Position numbers and translations under genes: made by a program. From assembly GCA_963422365.1 (NCBI GenBank), contig OY729426.1, positions 1,824,001 through 1,888,000 of the forward strand: a stretch of 64,000 nt of DNA. Direction: 5' to 3'. This document shows, piece by piece, positions 20,932 to 29,378 of the stretch; positions within the stretch are counted from its first letter, which is position 1; the number at the start of each line of letters is the position of its first letter. This DNA is from Nitrospirales bacterium (GTDB lineage Bacteria > Nitrospirota > Nitrospiria > Nitrospirales > UBA8639). The notes under the pieces were generated by a model. It saw nothing but the letters and a program-made list of their open reading frames with translations, was not told the origin of the DNA and did no database searches.

Positions 20932-20960
20932 TTTATACGACAAGATTGAAGGGCTGTCAA
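20932..20960 (-). promoter_or_regulatory. Near-consensus sigma70 promoter for tpx-tenA
   Basis: TTGACA-N17-TATAAA on the minus strand. Confidence 0.6.
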
Positions 20961-20996
20961 GAAATGCATGGCAAGTGAGATTGTCTTGTCTACAGT

Positions 20997-21084
20997 AGAG
21001 ATTTTTCGCTTCGCTCAGTATGACAAAGAAAAGGCTCAAGATGACAAGAGGAAAGCGTCAGGATGGTCGTAACACAGGATGACC
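20997..21084. repeat. REP-like repeat cluster
   Basis: CTTCGCTCAGTATGAC, GCTCAAGATGAC, GTCAGGATGGTC and ACAGGATGAC in tandem, same family as 13228-13419. Confidence 0.6.
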
Positions 21085-21104
21085 GTAATGCTGCCGGTAA
21101 ATAT

Positions 21105-22001
21105 CTATGTTAACTTGTCAGCAAGGAATTGCAGGAGGGCAGGGTTGACGAAGTGGGGATTCTCCCACTGCGGGATATGCCCAGAATTCGGCACTACCAG
21201 AAACGAGCTGTTGGGAATGGTGGTCTGCAGGGTTTGCCCCACGGAGGCGTGAAAGATCTGATCGTGTGCGCCCCAAATAATGAACGTGGGTTGGACGATG
21301 TTTGTTAATTGGGGTGCAAAAGTCCTTTCCCATTCTGGAAGTTGATCCAGTTGTGAATACACGGCATCTAAGAATCCAGGTTGAGAGCGAAGGTGGTGAG
21401 CACGTTCCACGACCATCGGGGAAATCAGAGCACGCTTGTGAATGATTTTTTCCAGCATCAGTTTGGTGGACCATCGGCCGGTTATCCAATTTCCCAATTT
21501 CGACACCCAGAGTGACGGCCGGTGTTCAATGAAGTGCTTGGGTCTTGGAGATCGAATGTTGTCGAGAAGATTGGCGGGCAATCCCCCAATAAGCACGAGT
21601 TTAGTGACACGATCCGGATGCTTCAGGCTCATCCCGATTGCGAGACCGGCTCCCATGGAACTGCCGATTAATATGGCTTCTTGAATCTGGAGATTGTCCA
21701 TGAACGTGCGGAAGGTATCAAGGAGAAAGGCTGGAGAATATATGAGTTCAGGTTTTTCGGACAGTCCTGAGCCCAGCAAATCAGGCGTAATGATCCGATA
21801 CGATGGGGTGAGCGCGACTTGTTGGTGTTCCCAATGCCACATGGAGCCTCCCAACCCATGAATCAAAATAACAGGCGGACCTTGTCCCTTGTCTAGATAG
21901 GCAAGGGGATATCCGTTCACAGTGGTGGTGTGAACCGCGTGTCGATGGAGCAGGTCAACGTGGAAGGGAATGCGAAGCGGAGAAGAGGTGCAGTGTGTCA
22001 C
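21105..22001 (-). CDS. Alpha/beta fold hydrolase
   Basis: IHGLGG oxyanion motif, GSSMG nucleophile elbow, WGAHD, SGHIPQWE. Confidence 0.9.
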   Translation of the reverse strand: MTHCTSSPLRIPFHVDLLHRHAVHTTTVNGYPLAYLDKGQGPPVILIHGLGGSMWHWEHQQVALTPSYRIITPDLLGSGLSEKPELIYSPAFLLDTFRTFMDNLQIQEAILIGSSMGAGLAIGMSLKHPDRVTKLVLIGGLPANLLDNIRSPRPKHFIEHRPSLWVSKLGNWITGRWSTKLMLEKIIHKRALISPMVVERAHHLRSQPGFLDAVYSQLDQLPEWERTFAPQLTNIVQPTFIIWGAHDQIFHASVGQTLQTTIPNSSFLVVPNSGHIPQWENPHFVNPALLQFLADKLT

Positions 22002-22053
22002 AAGAGGAAAATAACACGGCGGCTGAGTCGATCCATCTTGCTGAATGGGCAGC

Positions 22054-24003
22054 TTATTCGAGTTGGATCAGGGTTTCATCACAATTGACGAGATCGCCTT
22101 CGTTGACATGTATCGCCTTCACCCTCCCTTCAATTGGTGCAGTGATCCGGTTTTCCATTTTCATCGCTTCAATCACGATAACCGGATCGCCGGCAGCGAC
22201 CTGGGAGCCCTCTGTGACGAGGATTTTCACAATGCGGCCTGGCATAGGAGTCGTCACATCTCCCGGGCCACTCGGTTTGGGGCGTTCCCCCTTGGCGGTA
22301 CCGGTTGAGATGGGTGCCTCGGGTCCACTCGCCAACACTTCCTGAAGCGGTTCCAGGTAGACTTCTTCGAGTTTGTCATCGACCTTGATATAGTAGGGTT
22401 TTTTCCCGTCGATGGTTCGTCCGGAGCCAGAAACCCGTACATGATACGATTCACCGTGGAGGGTGACGGTAAATTCGATAGGCGCGAGATGTAAATCATG
22501 GGACGATGGAGTTCCTTGTCCTCTTCCTCCTGGTGGCTCAAGGACTTCGGGCTGTAGTTGCCCGCGTTCACGTTCGTGGAAAAACTGTAACGCAACGGAA
22601 GGGAAGAGCGTATATGATAGCACATCTTCCTCGGAGACGTCATGCTCGCTCAATTCTTTGCCGGCTTCTTCTAATTCAGGGTCAAGGTTATCCGCCGGTC
22701 TGTTTGAAATAGGGGTGTCATTGGCAATCGCTTTTTCTTTTGTGGTTGAATCCAAAGATCCTGGTGGTTTGCCGTAGAGTCCTAAAAAATAATTTTTGGC
22801 TTCGTTGGTGATGACTTTATACCGTTCGCCGGTCATCACATTCAGCGTGGCTTGTGAGCCGACGATTTGACTGGTCGGGGTCACCAATGGGGGGTAGCCC
22901 ATATCCTTGCGAACCCGTGGGATTTCTTCCAACACTTCTTTCATTTTCTCTATAGCGTTTTGTTCCGTTAACTGAGAAGCCAAGTTCGAGATCATGCCGC
23001 CCGGCACCTGGGATAACAAGACATCCGTATCCACGCCCGTGAAATCACTTTCAAATTGGTGATACTTTTTTCTTGCCGTTCGCAGTTGTTCCGTGATGGG
23101 GGGGAACTGCGAGAGATCCAGTCCGGTGTCATACGGGGTCTTTTGCAGGGCCGCAATAAAGGGTTCAGTGGGGGGATGAGAGGTGCCGCCTGAAAGCGGA
23201 GACAGGGCCGTATCCAAAATATCGAGACCGCCGAGGATCGCCATGAGCGAAGACATCGAGGCCATGCCCGACGTGTAGTGCGTATGAAGATGGATAGGCA
23301 CACGAACCGCTTCCTTCAAATGTTTGATGAGCGTATACGCTTCGAAAGGGGGTAAGAGTCCGGCCATATCCTTGATGCAAATGGTGTCGGTGCCCAGATC
23401 TTCCAGCCGTTTGGCTTGTTCCACGAAGTGATGCAGGCTGTGCACGGGGCTGACCGTATAGCAAATCGTGGCTTCCACGTGCTTGTTGCACTGCCGGGCC
23501 ACCTTGATGGCGGATTTCAGATTTCGAATATCATTCAGGGCATCGAAAATACGAAAGACATCAATGCCATGTTCTGCGGACTTGACAATGAATTGTTCCA
23601 GGACATCGTCCGCATAATGCCGATACCCCACCAGGTTTTGCCCGCGGAGTAGCATTTGCAATCTGGTGTTGGGGGCTGCTTGGCGGAAGGTTTTTAACCG
23701 TTCCCATGGATCTTCTTTGAGAAATCGCAAGCAGGCGTCGAAGGTTGCGCCTCCCCAGACTTCCAGGGACCAGAACCCTACTGCATCCAGTAGTGCTGCC
23801 GTCGGGATCAGATCTTCCGTGCGCATGCGCGTCGCTAACAACGATTGATGCCCGTCTCGTAAGGAGACGTCCGTGAGGTGCAGTTTTCGGCCGGGCGAGG
23901 CTTCCAATTCAAATATGTCCGGACGTTTGGTCTTCCGTCGCTTTCGAGGTGAGGCCCCGGAGCGTCTTTTGAACTTGTCCCAGAATGTTGATTTCTTTCC
24001 CAT
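22054..24003 (-). CDS. pycB: Biotin-dependent carboxylase, carboxyltransferase/biotin-carrier subunit (pyruvate carboxylase B or 2-oxoglutarate carboxylase large subunit)
   Basis: LRDGHQSLLATR, WGGATFD, IKDMAG, LHTH, LVTPTSQIVG and biotin motif EAMKME. Confidence 0.88.
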   Translation of the reverse strand: MGKKSTFWDKFKRRSGASPRKRRKTKRPDIFELEASPGRKLHLTDVSLRDGHQSLLATRMRTEDLIPTAALLDAVGFWSLEVWGGATFDACLRFLKEDPWERLKTFRQAAPNTRLQMLLRGQNLVGYRHYADDVLEQFIVKSAEHGIDVFRIFDALNDIRNLKSAIKVARQCNKHVEATICYTVSPVHSLHHFVEQAKRLEDLGTDTICIKDMAGLLPPFEAYTLIKHLKEAVRVPIHLHTHYTSGMASMSSLMAILGGLDILDTALSPLSGGTSHPPTEPFIAALQKTPYDTGLDLSQFPPITEQLRTARKKYHQFESDFTGVDTDVLLSQVPGGMISNLASQLTEQNAIEKMKEVLEEIPRVRKDMGYPPLVTPTSQIVGSQATLNVMTGERYKVITNEAKNYFLGLYGKPPGSLDSTTKEKAIANDTPISNRPADNLDPELEEAGKELSEHDVSEEDVLSYTLFPSVALQFFHERERGQLQPEVLEPPGGRGQGTPSSHDLHLAPIEFTVTLHGESYHVRVSGSGRTIDGKKPYYIKVDDKLEEVYLEPLQEVLASGPEAPISTGTAKGERPKPSGPGDVTTPMPGRIVKILVTEGSQVAAGDPVIVIEAMKMENRITAPIEGRVKAIHVNEGDLVNCDETLIQLE

Positions 24004-24045
24004 AAGATGCCTTTGCGTTAAAAATACTCGTTACGGAATGAGGTG

Positions 24046-25464
24046 TTATAACCCTTCATATGCCGCAATGGCAGCGGAGAGGGTTACCACAAGATCTTCT
24101 GATACCAAGGCATGGTCGTATTCATAGAGGTCCGGGTGAGAGTCCAAGTACAACGTGTCAAATTTTCCCGATCGAAAATCGGGTTCTTCCATAATGTTCT
24201 TCAAAAAGGGAATGGTCGTTTTAACTCCCCGCAACACAAACTCTTCTAGTGATCGGTGGGTTCGCCGAACGGTTTCGTCCCAGGTCCGGCCTTGTACCGT
24301 CATTTTGGTCAACAGCGCATCATAGTAAGGGGGAACAGTATAGTCTTTGTACACGACGCCGTCGATCCTCACTCCAATTCCACCTGGAGACAAGTAAGCC
24401 GTGATTTTGCCGGAAGAGGGACGAAATTCATTTTGAGGGTCTTCCGCGTTAATCCGACATTGAATCGCATAGCCTTGAAGGGTGACTTCATGTTGCCCGA
24501 ACACAAGCGGTCGGCCTGCGGCAATCCAAATTTGGCTCTGCACAATATCGATGGTGGAGATTTGTTCTGTGACTGTATGTTCTACCTGAATTCGTGGATT
24601 CATTTCGATGAAATAGTAGTGGCCATCTTGATCCAATAAGAATTCGACAGTGCCGGCGTTTTCAAACTTGGCGGCGCGGGCCAGCGCGATCGCGGCGTCG
24701 CCCATTTGCCCCCTGAGTTGAGGAGCCAGGATTAAGGAGGGGGCAATTTCGATGATTTTTTGATGGCGCCGCTGGATTGAGCAATCACGTTCGCCCAGAT
24801 GGACGACGTGCCCTTCCTGGTCCGCGAGAAGCTGAAATTCAATATGATGAGGTCGCTCAATATATTTTTCAAGAAAGAGGTCAGCGTTTCCGAAGGCCGC
24901 GAACGCTTCCCGAGATCCGGACTCCAATGCCTCTTTTAATTCTTCATCGGAATGGACGACACGAAGTCCACGCCCTCCCCCACCAGCACAGGCTTTGACC
25001 ATCACTGGATAGCCGATGAATTGAGAGAATTCCAGGCCTTCTTCTCTGTTTTGAACTCGGCCCGCTGTTCCCGGAACCACGGGGATCCCGATCTGTTTGG
25101 CGAGTTCTCTGGCTTGCACTTTGTCTCCCAGTAGTTCTAAGGCTTCGGGAGTCGGTCCGATAAACGTGATGCCTGCCTCTCGACAGAAATGCGCAAACTG
25201 GGCGTTTTCCGCCAGAAACCCATATCCTGGATGAATCGCATCAGCTCCAATACGTTTGGCTAAGTTGACGATTTGCCGGGCGTCCAAGAATCCTTGGACC
25301 GGACCGGGGCTTACCAAATATGCTTCATTGGCTTTTTTGACATAAATCGCCGCCGCTTCGCATTCAGCGTACATTGCAGCCGTGGCGATGTTGAGTTCAC
25401 GACAGGCCCGAATGACCCGCATTGCGATTTCACCACGATTTGCTACAAGGATTTTTTTGAACAT
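24046..25464 (-). CDS. pycA: Biotin carboxylase subunit (pyruvate carboxylase A or 2-oxoglutarate carboxylase small subunit)
   Basis: KILVANRGEIA, HPGYGFLAEN, GGGGRG, RDCSIQRRHQK, EMNPRIQVEHTVTE. Confidence 0.88.
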   Translation of the reverse strand: MFKKILVANRGEIAMRVIRACRELNIATAAMYAECEAAAIYVKKANEAYLVSPGPVQGFLDARQIVNLAKRIGADAIHPGYGFLAENAQFAHFCREAGITFIGPTPEALELLGDKVQARELAKQIGIPVVPGTAGRVQNREEGLEFSQFIGYPVMVKACAGGGGRGLRVVHSDEELKEALESGSREAFAAFGNADLFLEKYIERPHHIEFQLLADQEGHVVHLGERDCSIQRRHQKIIEIAPSLILAPQLRGQMGDAAIALARAAKFENAGTVEFLLDQDGHYYFIEMNPRIQVEHTVTEQISTIDIVQSQIWIAAGRPLVFGQHEVTLQGYAIQCRINAEDPQNEFRPSSGKITAYLSPGGIGVRIDGVVYKDYTVPPYYDALLTKMTVQGRTWDETVRRTHRSLEEFVLRGVKTTIPFLKNIMEEPDFRSGKFDTLYLDSHPDLYEYDHALVSEDLVVTLSAAIAAYEGL

Positions 25465-25651
25465 GGGCTGACCTCAAGGGTGTCGAGAGAAATATCGTTA
25501 CTTTTGCTTGAGTAGCTTCAAGAATCCCCAGTACGGCAAATTGTTCCTGGGAGATGAATTGCCGGAGAGCATGTCGGGGTCTGTGGGGCGAGGGCTATGT
25601 ACCATGGATGGTGAGGAGCCTGTCAAGAGCGGCTCTGGTCCTCAATCGGGA

Positions 25652-26578
25652 TTACTCTCGATTGAGGGGGTAGTATTGAATGACCGAGCTGGTTTTGTCT
25701 TGGAAGAGACCGCTGGCGCCTCTTTTTATGGCTCGTTGTCCGTCAGGTGATAACACGTATTCTAAAAAGGCCCGGGCGACGGAAGAGGCACCGGGGTTCG
25801 TCACAAAGACCACTGGTCGACGAAGTGGATAGGTGCCGTCGAGGACAGTTTGGTATTCAGGCTCAATGCCATCGACGAATAGCAGAGTCACGCCATATCC
25901 ATCTTTACGCGCTTGCAACGCCGGTCCCATCGAGACATAGGACATGGAATAGGGATCGCCATTAATGGTCTTAAAGGTCTCGGTTTCTTTTTCGACGACT
26001 TTTGCTCGACTTCCCGTGTGCTTTTCAAGGCCCAGGAATTTTTCAAAGGGTTGGCGAATATTTTGGTTCCAGGTTCGATGAATCAACGAAATTCTGGCCT
26101 CCGGTCCGTCTTCGTAGACTTGCGACCAAAATTTTATGTTGCCTGCATAAATCTGCATCAATTGCTCTCGAGTGATTTCTTCAATGGAATTGGCAAAATT
26201 TGTCACCACGGCGATGCCATCCCAAGCTACGGTGGTTGACGGGAGATCATTGTCTGCTTGACCTGTCACGGCAATATCGGCATCGCCTTTCCGAACTTCT
26301 TCAATTGGCCTGGCATTTTGGTGCCAGAAAAAATCAATGGAGGTTTTGGGATGGAAGGCTTCAAAGTTTTTTGCCAAGGCCTCAATCGCATACCGTTCCG
26401 GACCATTGCCCACGATTAACGCCGAGCCAGTTAATTCTTCGGTCGATCCAAGCACCGGCAAACCAAACGTCAGCAAGGTTGTCAACCAGAACCCCACGAG
26501 AATGAGAAGTTCTGGCACCATGGTATTTCCACGAATAGAGCGCATAACGGTTTTCTTGTTAGCGGAACTCGTGTTCAT
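25652..26578 (-). CDS. Periplasmic substrate-binding protein, PstS-like
   Basis: Signal/TM segment, VAWDGIAVV, GTYPLRRP..FV, FLEYVLSPDGQ. Confidence 0.75.
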   Translation of the reverse strand: MNTSSANKKTVMRSIRGNTMVPELLILVGFWLTTLLTFGLPVLGSTEELTGSALIVGNGPERYAIEALAKNFEAFHPKTSIDFFWHQNARPIEEVRKGDADIAVTGQADNDLPSTTVAWDGIAVVTNFANSIEEITREQLMQIYAGNIKFWSQVYEDGPEARISLIHRTWNQNIRQPFEKFLGLEKHTGSRAKVVEKETETFKTINGDPYSMSYVSMGPALQARKDGYGVTLLFVDGIEPEYQTVLDGTYPLRRPVVFVTNPGASSVARAFLEYVLSPDGQRAIKRGASGLFQDKTSSVIQYYPLNRE

Positions 26579-26705
26579 TGAACGACGACGTCAGGTGATC
26601 GCAATGGACCGGGGGACAATCCCACAAAAGACAGATCGTCAATCCGTTGTTAGTTGTGCAGGGAATCACGGGGTGACAAAGCGTGCAGGGTGAGTTGAGT
26701 GAACG

Positions 26706-27017
26706 CTAGCTTTCTCCAGAACAGGAATCCGTAGGTTGGGTCATTCTGGGAGCGCCGGGAGCGACACGTGCGCCACCCATGATAGGTGGAAGTTTTTTAA
26801 ATTTATCCATTCTCTCATTATACATGTCGTAGGCTTTCATCTCCCCAAAGCCAGGTTTATGATCACCTTTGATCTGGGAAGCGAACGCAGACATAAGTCG
26901 CTGAGCATTGACTTCGTGACATTGGGGACAGGAGGTATCTTCCGGTCTCGCATTGACGGATTGGAGCAGTTCAAATTTATGGTCACAGGTCTTGCATTGA
27001 TATTCATAAACAGGCAT
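26706..27017 (-). CDS. FmdB family zinc-ribbon protein
   Basis: MPVYEYQCKTC...FELL...CPQC. Confidence 0.85.
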   Translation of the reverse strand: MPVYEYQCKTCDHKFELLQSVNARPEDTSCPQCHEVNAQRLMSAFASQIKGDHKPGFGEMKAYDMYNERMDKFKKLPPIMGGARVAPGAPRMTQPTDSCSGES

Positions 27018-27216
27018 GGACCGGCTCACTCCCTTTTTACGAATTCATAGATGTATGATGAGGTTGAGTCTATTATACAGGATTGACAATGCCGTTGGCC
27101 ATCACCTAATGAATTAAAAGTGAGGGGTGGTTGCTCTTGACGCCTTGCAGGTTTCTTCTTTAGAAACGTATAGTTTTGAAAGTTTCTTCTTATTCTAACG
27201 CGTTGGAGGGTCGCAG

Positions 27217-27396
27217 ATGGCTGTTCTGGTAAGAACGTATCGGTTGGCAAGTGGGTTGCAACAAGTAGAACGGATTGATGATCCTGATCGCATCGAACGG
27301 TATATGAAATTGTTCGATCGTGAAGATCTAAAAAAAATTCGGACCGGAATACAGGTCAAAATTGAAAAAGATGAATGGCAACTTCTTGAAGATTAA
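27217..27396 (+). CDS. Small hypothetical protein (59 aa, absent from the ORF track)
   Basis: RBS GGAGG before ATG; MAVLVRTYRLASGLQQVERIDDPDRIERYMKLFDREDLKKIRTGIQVKIEKDEWQLLED. Confidence 0.65.
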   Translation: MAVLVRTYRLASGLQQVERIDDPDRIERYMKLFDREDLKKIRTGIQVKIEKDEWQLLED

Positions 27397-27427
27397 TAGC
27401 GCAATTTTTCATTGCGAGGAGTAGCCT

Positions 27428-27631
27428 ATGGCTCTGTGGATCAATATTCGAAGATCTGTCGATGAGGCTGTTTTGCATAAAGAACGGTGCATTGAAGTTC
27501 CTTCGATTCCTACACGGTCTGATTTTTGGGAAGGCGGATGGTTTGAATATCCTGATAAAGATACGGCCTTGGACGCTCTGGAACAGGCTGGAGTCATGCG
27601 TCAAGTGAAGTGTCGGCTGTGTAAGCCCTAA
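27428..27631 (+). CDS. Small hypothetical protein
   Basis: RBS GAGGAG; 67 aa with HxxxC and terminal CRLC. Confidence 0.7.
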   Translation: MALWINIRRSVDEAVLHKERCIEVPSIPTRSDFWEGGWFEYPDKDTALDALEQAGVMRQVKCRLCKP

Positions 27632-27733
27632 GGTGTTGTCGCATGCTCACCCGTTGGTTTCCCTGTACCGGTGTCCCGGTCGTAGGGAGTAGGTGTCGGC
27701 GTGTGGAAACCTTCTATGAAACGGTAAGGGTAT

Positions 27734-28210
27734 ATGGCGGAAAAATTTGGTGGATATCGATGGGTCAAGGAGGGTTATCTTGATAATCGCACGCAAGGCG
27801 TTGTGGTCGGGAAGATGATTTTTGCCGCCCTTGGTTCGATTGAGTTTTATTTGCATGGGGATTTCAAGTCTGATATTGCCGGTCAGATTTTTTCCTTTAA
27901 GAATTCTCAATTTGCTGATGACCCGAATGCGGCATCGCGTTTGCTTGATTTAGCCAATCCCCAAATCGGCACCGTGAGTTCGATTTCCTTTGATCCGCAT
28001 CCTCTTCTTGCCCCGCATCCTTATATTGAGTGGTTTTCTCTCAAGGGCGATCATTATCGGATTGAATTACAGGAAGGTGATGCGCGGCTTCTTGATCTTG
28101 CCGAGGCCTCAGACTATACAGTGGAAAGTCGAACGATCACGCAAGCCTATGCGGGCCGGTCCGTTCATCCTCCTGCGGAAACCAAGTCTGTTGATGAAGC
28201 GTGGTTCTAG
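27734..28210 (+). CDS. Hypothetical protein
   Basis: 158 aa ORF with protein-like composition, co-oriented with neighbours. Confidence 0.7.
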   Translation: MAEKFGGYRWVKEGYLDNRTQGVVVGKMIFAALGSIEFYLHGDFKSDIAGQIFSFKNSQFADDPNAASRLLDLANPQIGTVSSISFDPHPLLAPHPYIEWFSLKGDHYRIELQEGDARLLDLAEASDYTVESRTITQAYAGRSVHPPAETKSVDEAWF

Positions 28211-28262
28211 CATTGTGTAGTCGTCAACCCTGCCTTCTGGAACTGGAAGTTTTTCTCTTCCA

Positions 28263-28291
28263 TTGACAGTCCTTTCCTCCCATCCTACAAT
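28263..28291 (+). promoter_or_regulatory. Sigma70 promoter of hemE
   Basis: TTGACA-N17-TACAAT ending 10 nt before ATG 28302. Confidence 0.65.
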
Positions 28292-28301
28292 CCCTCCCCT
28301 T

Positions 28302-29336
28302 ATGACTGATGATCGTTTTTTGAAAGCCTGCCGCCGTGAACCCGTGGATCGGACGCCAGTATGGTTTATGCGACAAGCCGGGCGCTATATGGCGGAATAT
28401 CAGCGTATTCGGGCAAAGCATAGTATCCTCGATGTCTGTAAGATTCCGGAATTAGCTGCCGAGGTGACGCTTCAACCCATCGAACGTTTTGCCCTGGATG
28501 CTGCCATCATTTTCGCGGATATCCTTTTGCCCTTAGAGCCAATGGGGTTGCAGGTGACCTTCCGTGAAGAGGAAGGTCCAGTCATTCTTAATCCCGTGAG
28601 GCATCAAGACGACCTCACGCGGTTACGACAAGTGGAGAGGGACGCCTTTCGGTTTTCCTCCGATGCTGTGAGTTTGGCAAAAAAAATGTTGGATGGACGC
28701 GTGCCTCTCATCGGCTTTGCCGGAGCTCCGTTTACCTTGGCCAGCTATGCGATCGAGGGGAGGAGCTCACGAAGCTATCTCAACACGAAACAAATGATGT
28801 TCCATCGGCCTGCTCAGTGGCATGCCTTACTTCACAAACTTTCAGATGTGGTCATCATGTATTTAGAAAATCAAATTAGAGCAGGAGTGCAGGTTGTTCA
28901 AATTTTTGACAGTTGGGTGGGGTGCTTGTCTCCGGGTGACTATAGTGAATATGTCTTGCCGCATGTACAATCAGTGATTGATCGCTTAAAACCTGAAGAG
29001 ATTCCGATCATTTATTTTGGAACGGGCACGTCGACGCTCTTGCCTCTCATGCGCAGTGCAGGCAGCGACGTCTTGGGGCTGGATTGGCATGTTGAGCTTG
29101 ATGAAGCATGGGCTCGGATCGGGTTCGATGTTGCCGTACAAGGCAACCTCGACCCTGTGGTCTTGTTTGCGCCTCTGCCGGAGCTTGAGCGCCGCATCAA
29201 GGATATTCTGGGCAGAGCCGGGAATAGGGCAGGGCATATTTTCAATCTCGGTCATGGGATTCTCCCCCAAACCCCTGTCGATCATGTCGAGGCTGCCATT
29301 GAGTTTGTTCACAAATATAGTACTCGATCAGCTTAG
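28302..29336 (+). CDS. hemE: Uroporphyrinogen decarboxylase
   Basis: PVWFMRQAGRY, FADIL, GFAGAPFTLASY, QGNLDP, IFNLGHG. Confidence 0.97.
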   Translation: MTDDRFLKACRREPVDRTPVWFMRQAGRYMAEYQRIRAKHSILDVCKIPELAAEVTLQPIERFALDAAIIFADILLPLEPMGLQVTFREEEGPVILNPVRHQDDLTRLRQVERDAFRFSSDAVSLAKKMLDGRVPLIGFAGAPFTLASYAIEGRSSRSYLNTKQMMFHRPAQWHALLHKLSDVVIMYLENQIRAGVQVVQIFDSWVGCLSPGDYSEYVLPHVQSVIDRLKPEEIPIIYFGTGTSTLLPLMRSAGSDVLGLDWHVELDEAWARIGFDVAVQGNLDPVVLFAPLPELERRIKDILGRAGNRAGHIFNLGHGILPQTPVDHVEAAIEFVHKYSTRSA

Positions 29337-29378
29337 CCTGAATTTCTTCGTGCTCCTTCCCGGAAACTGTGATGCATC

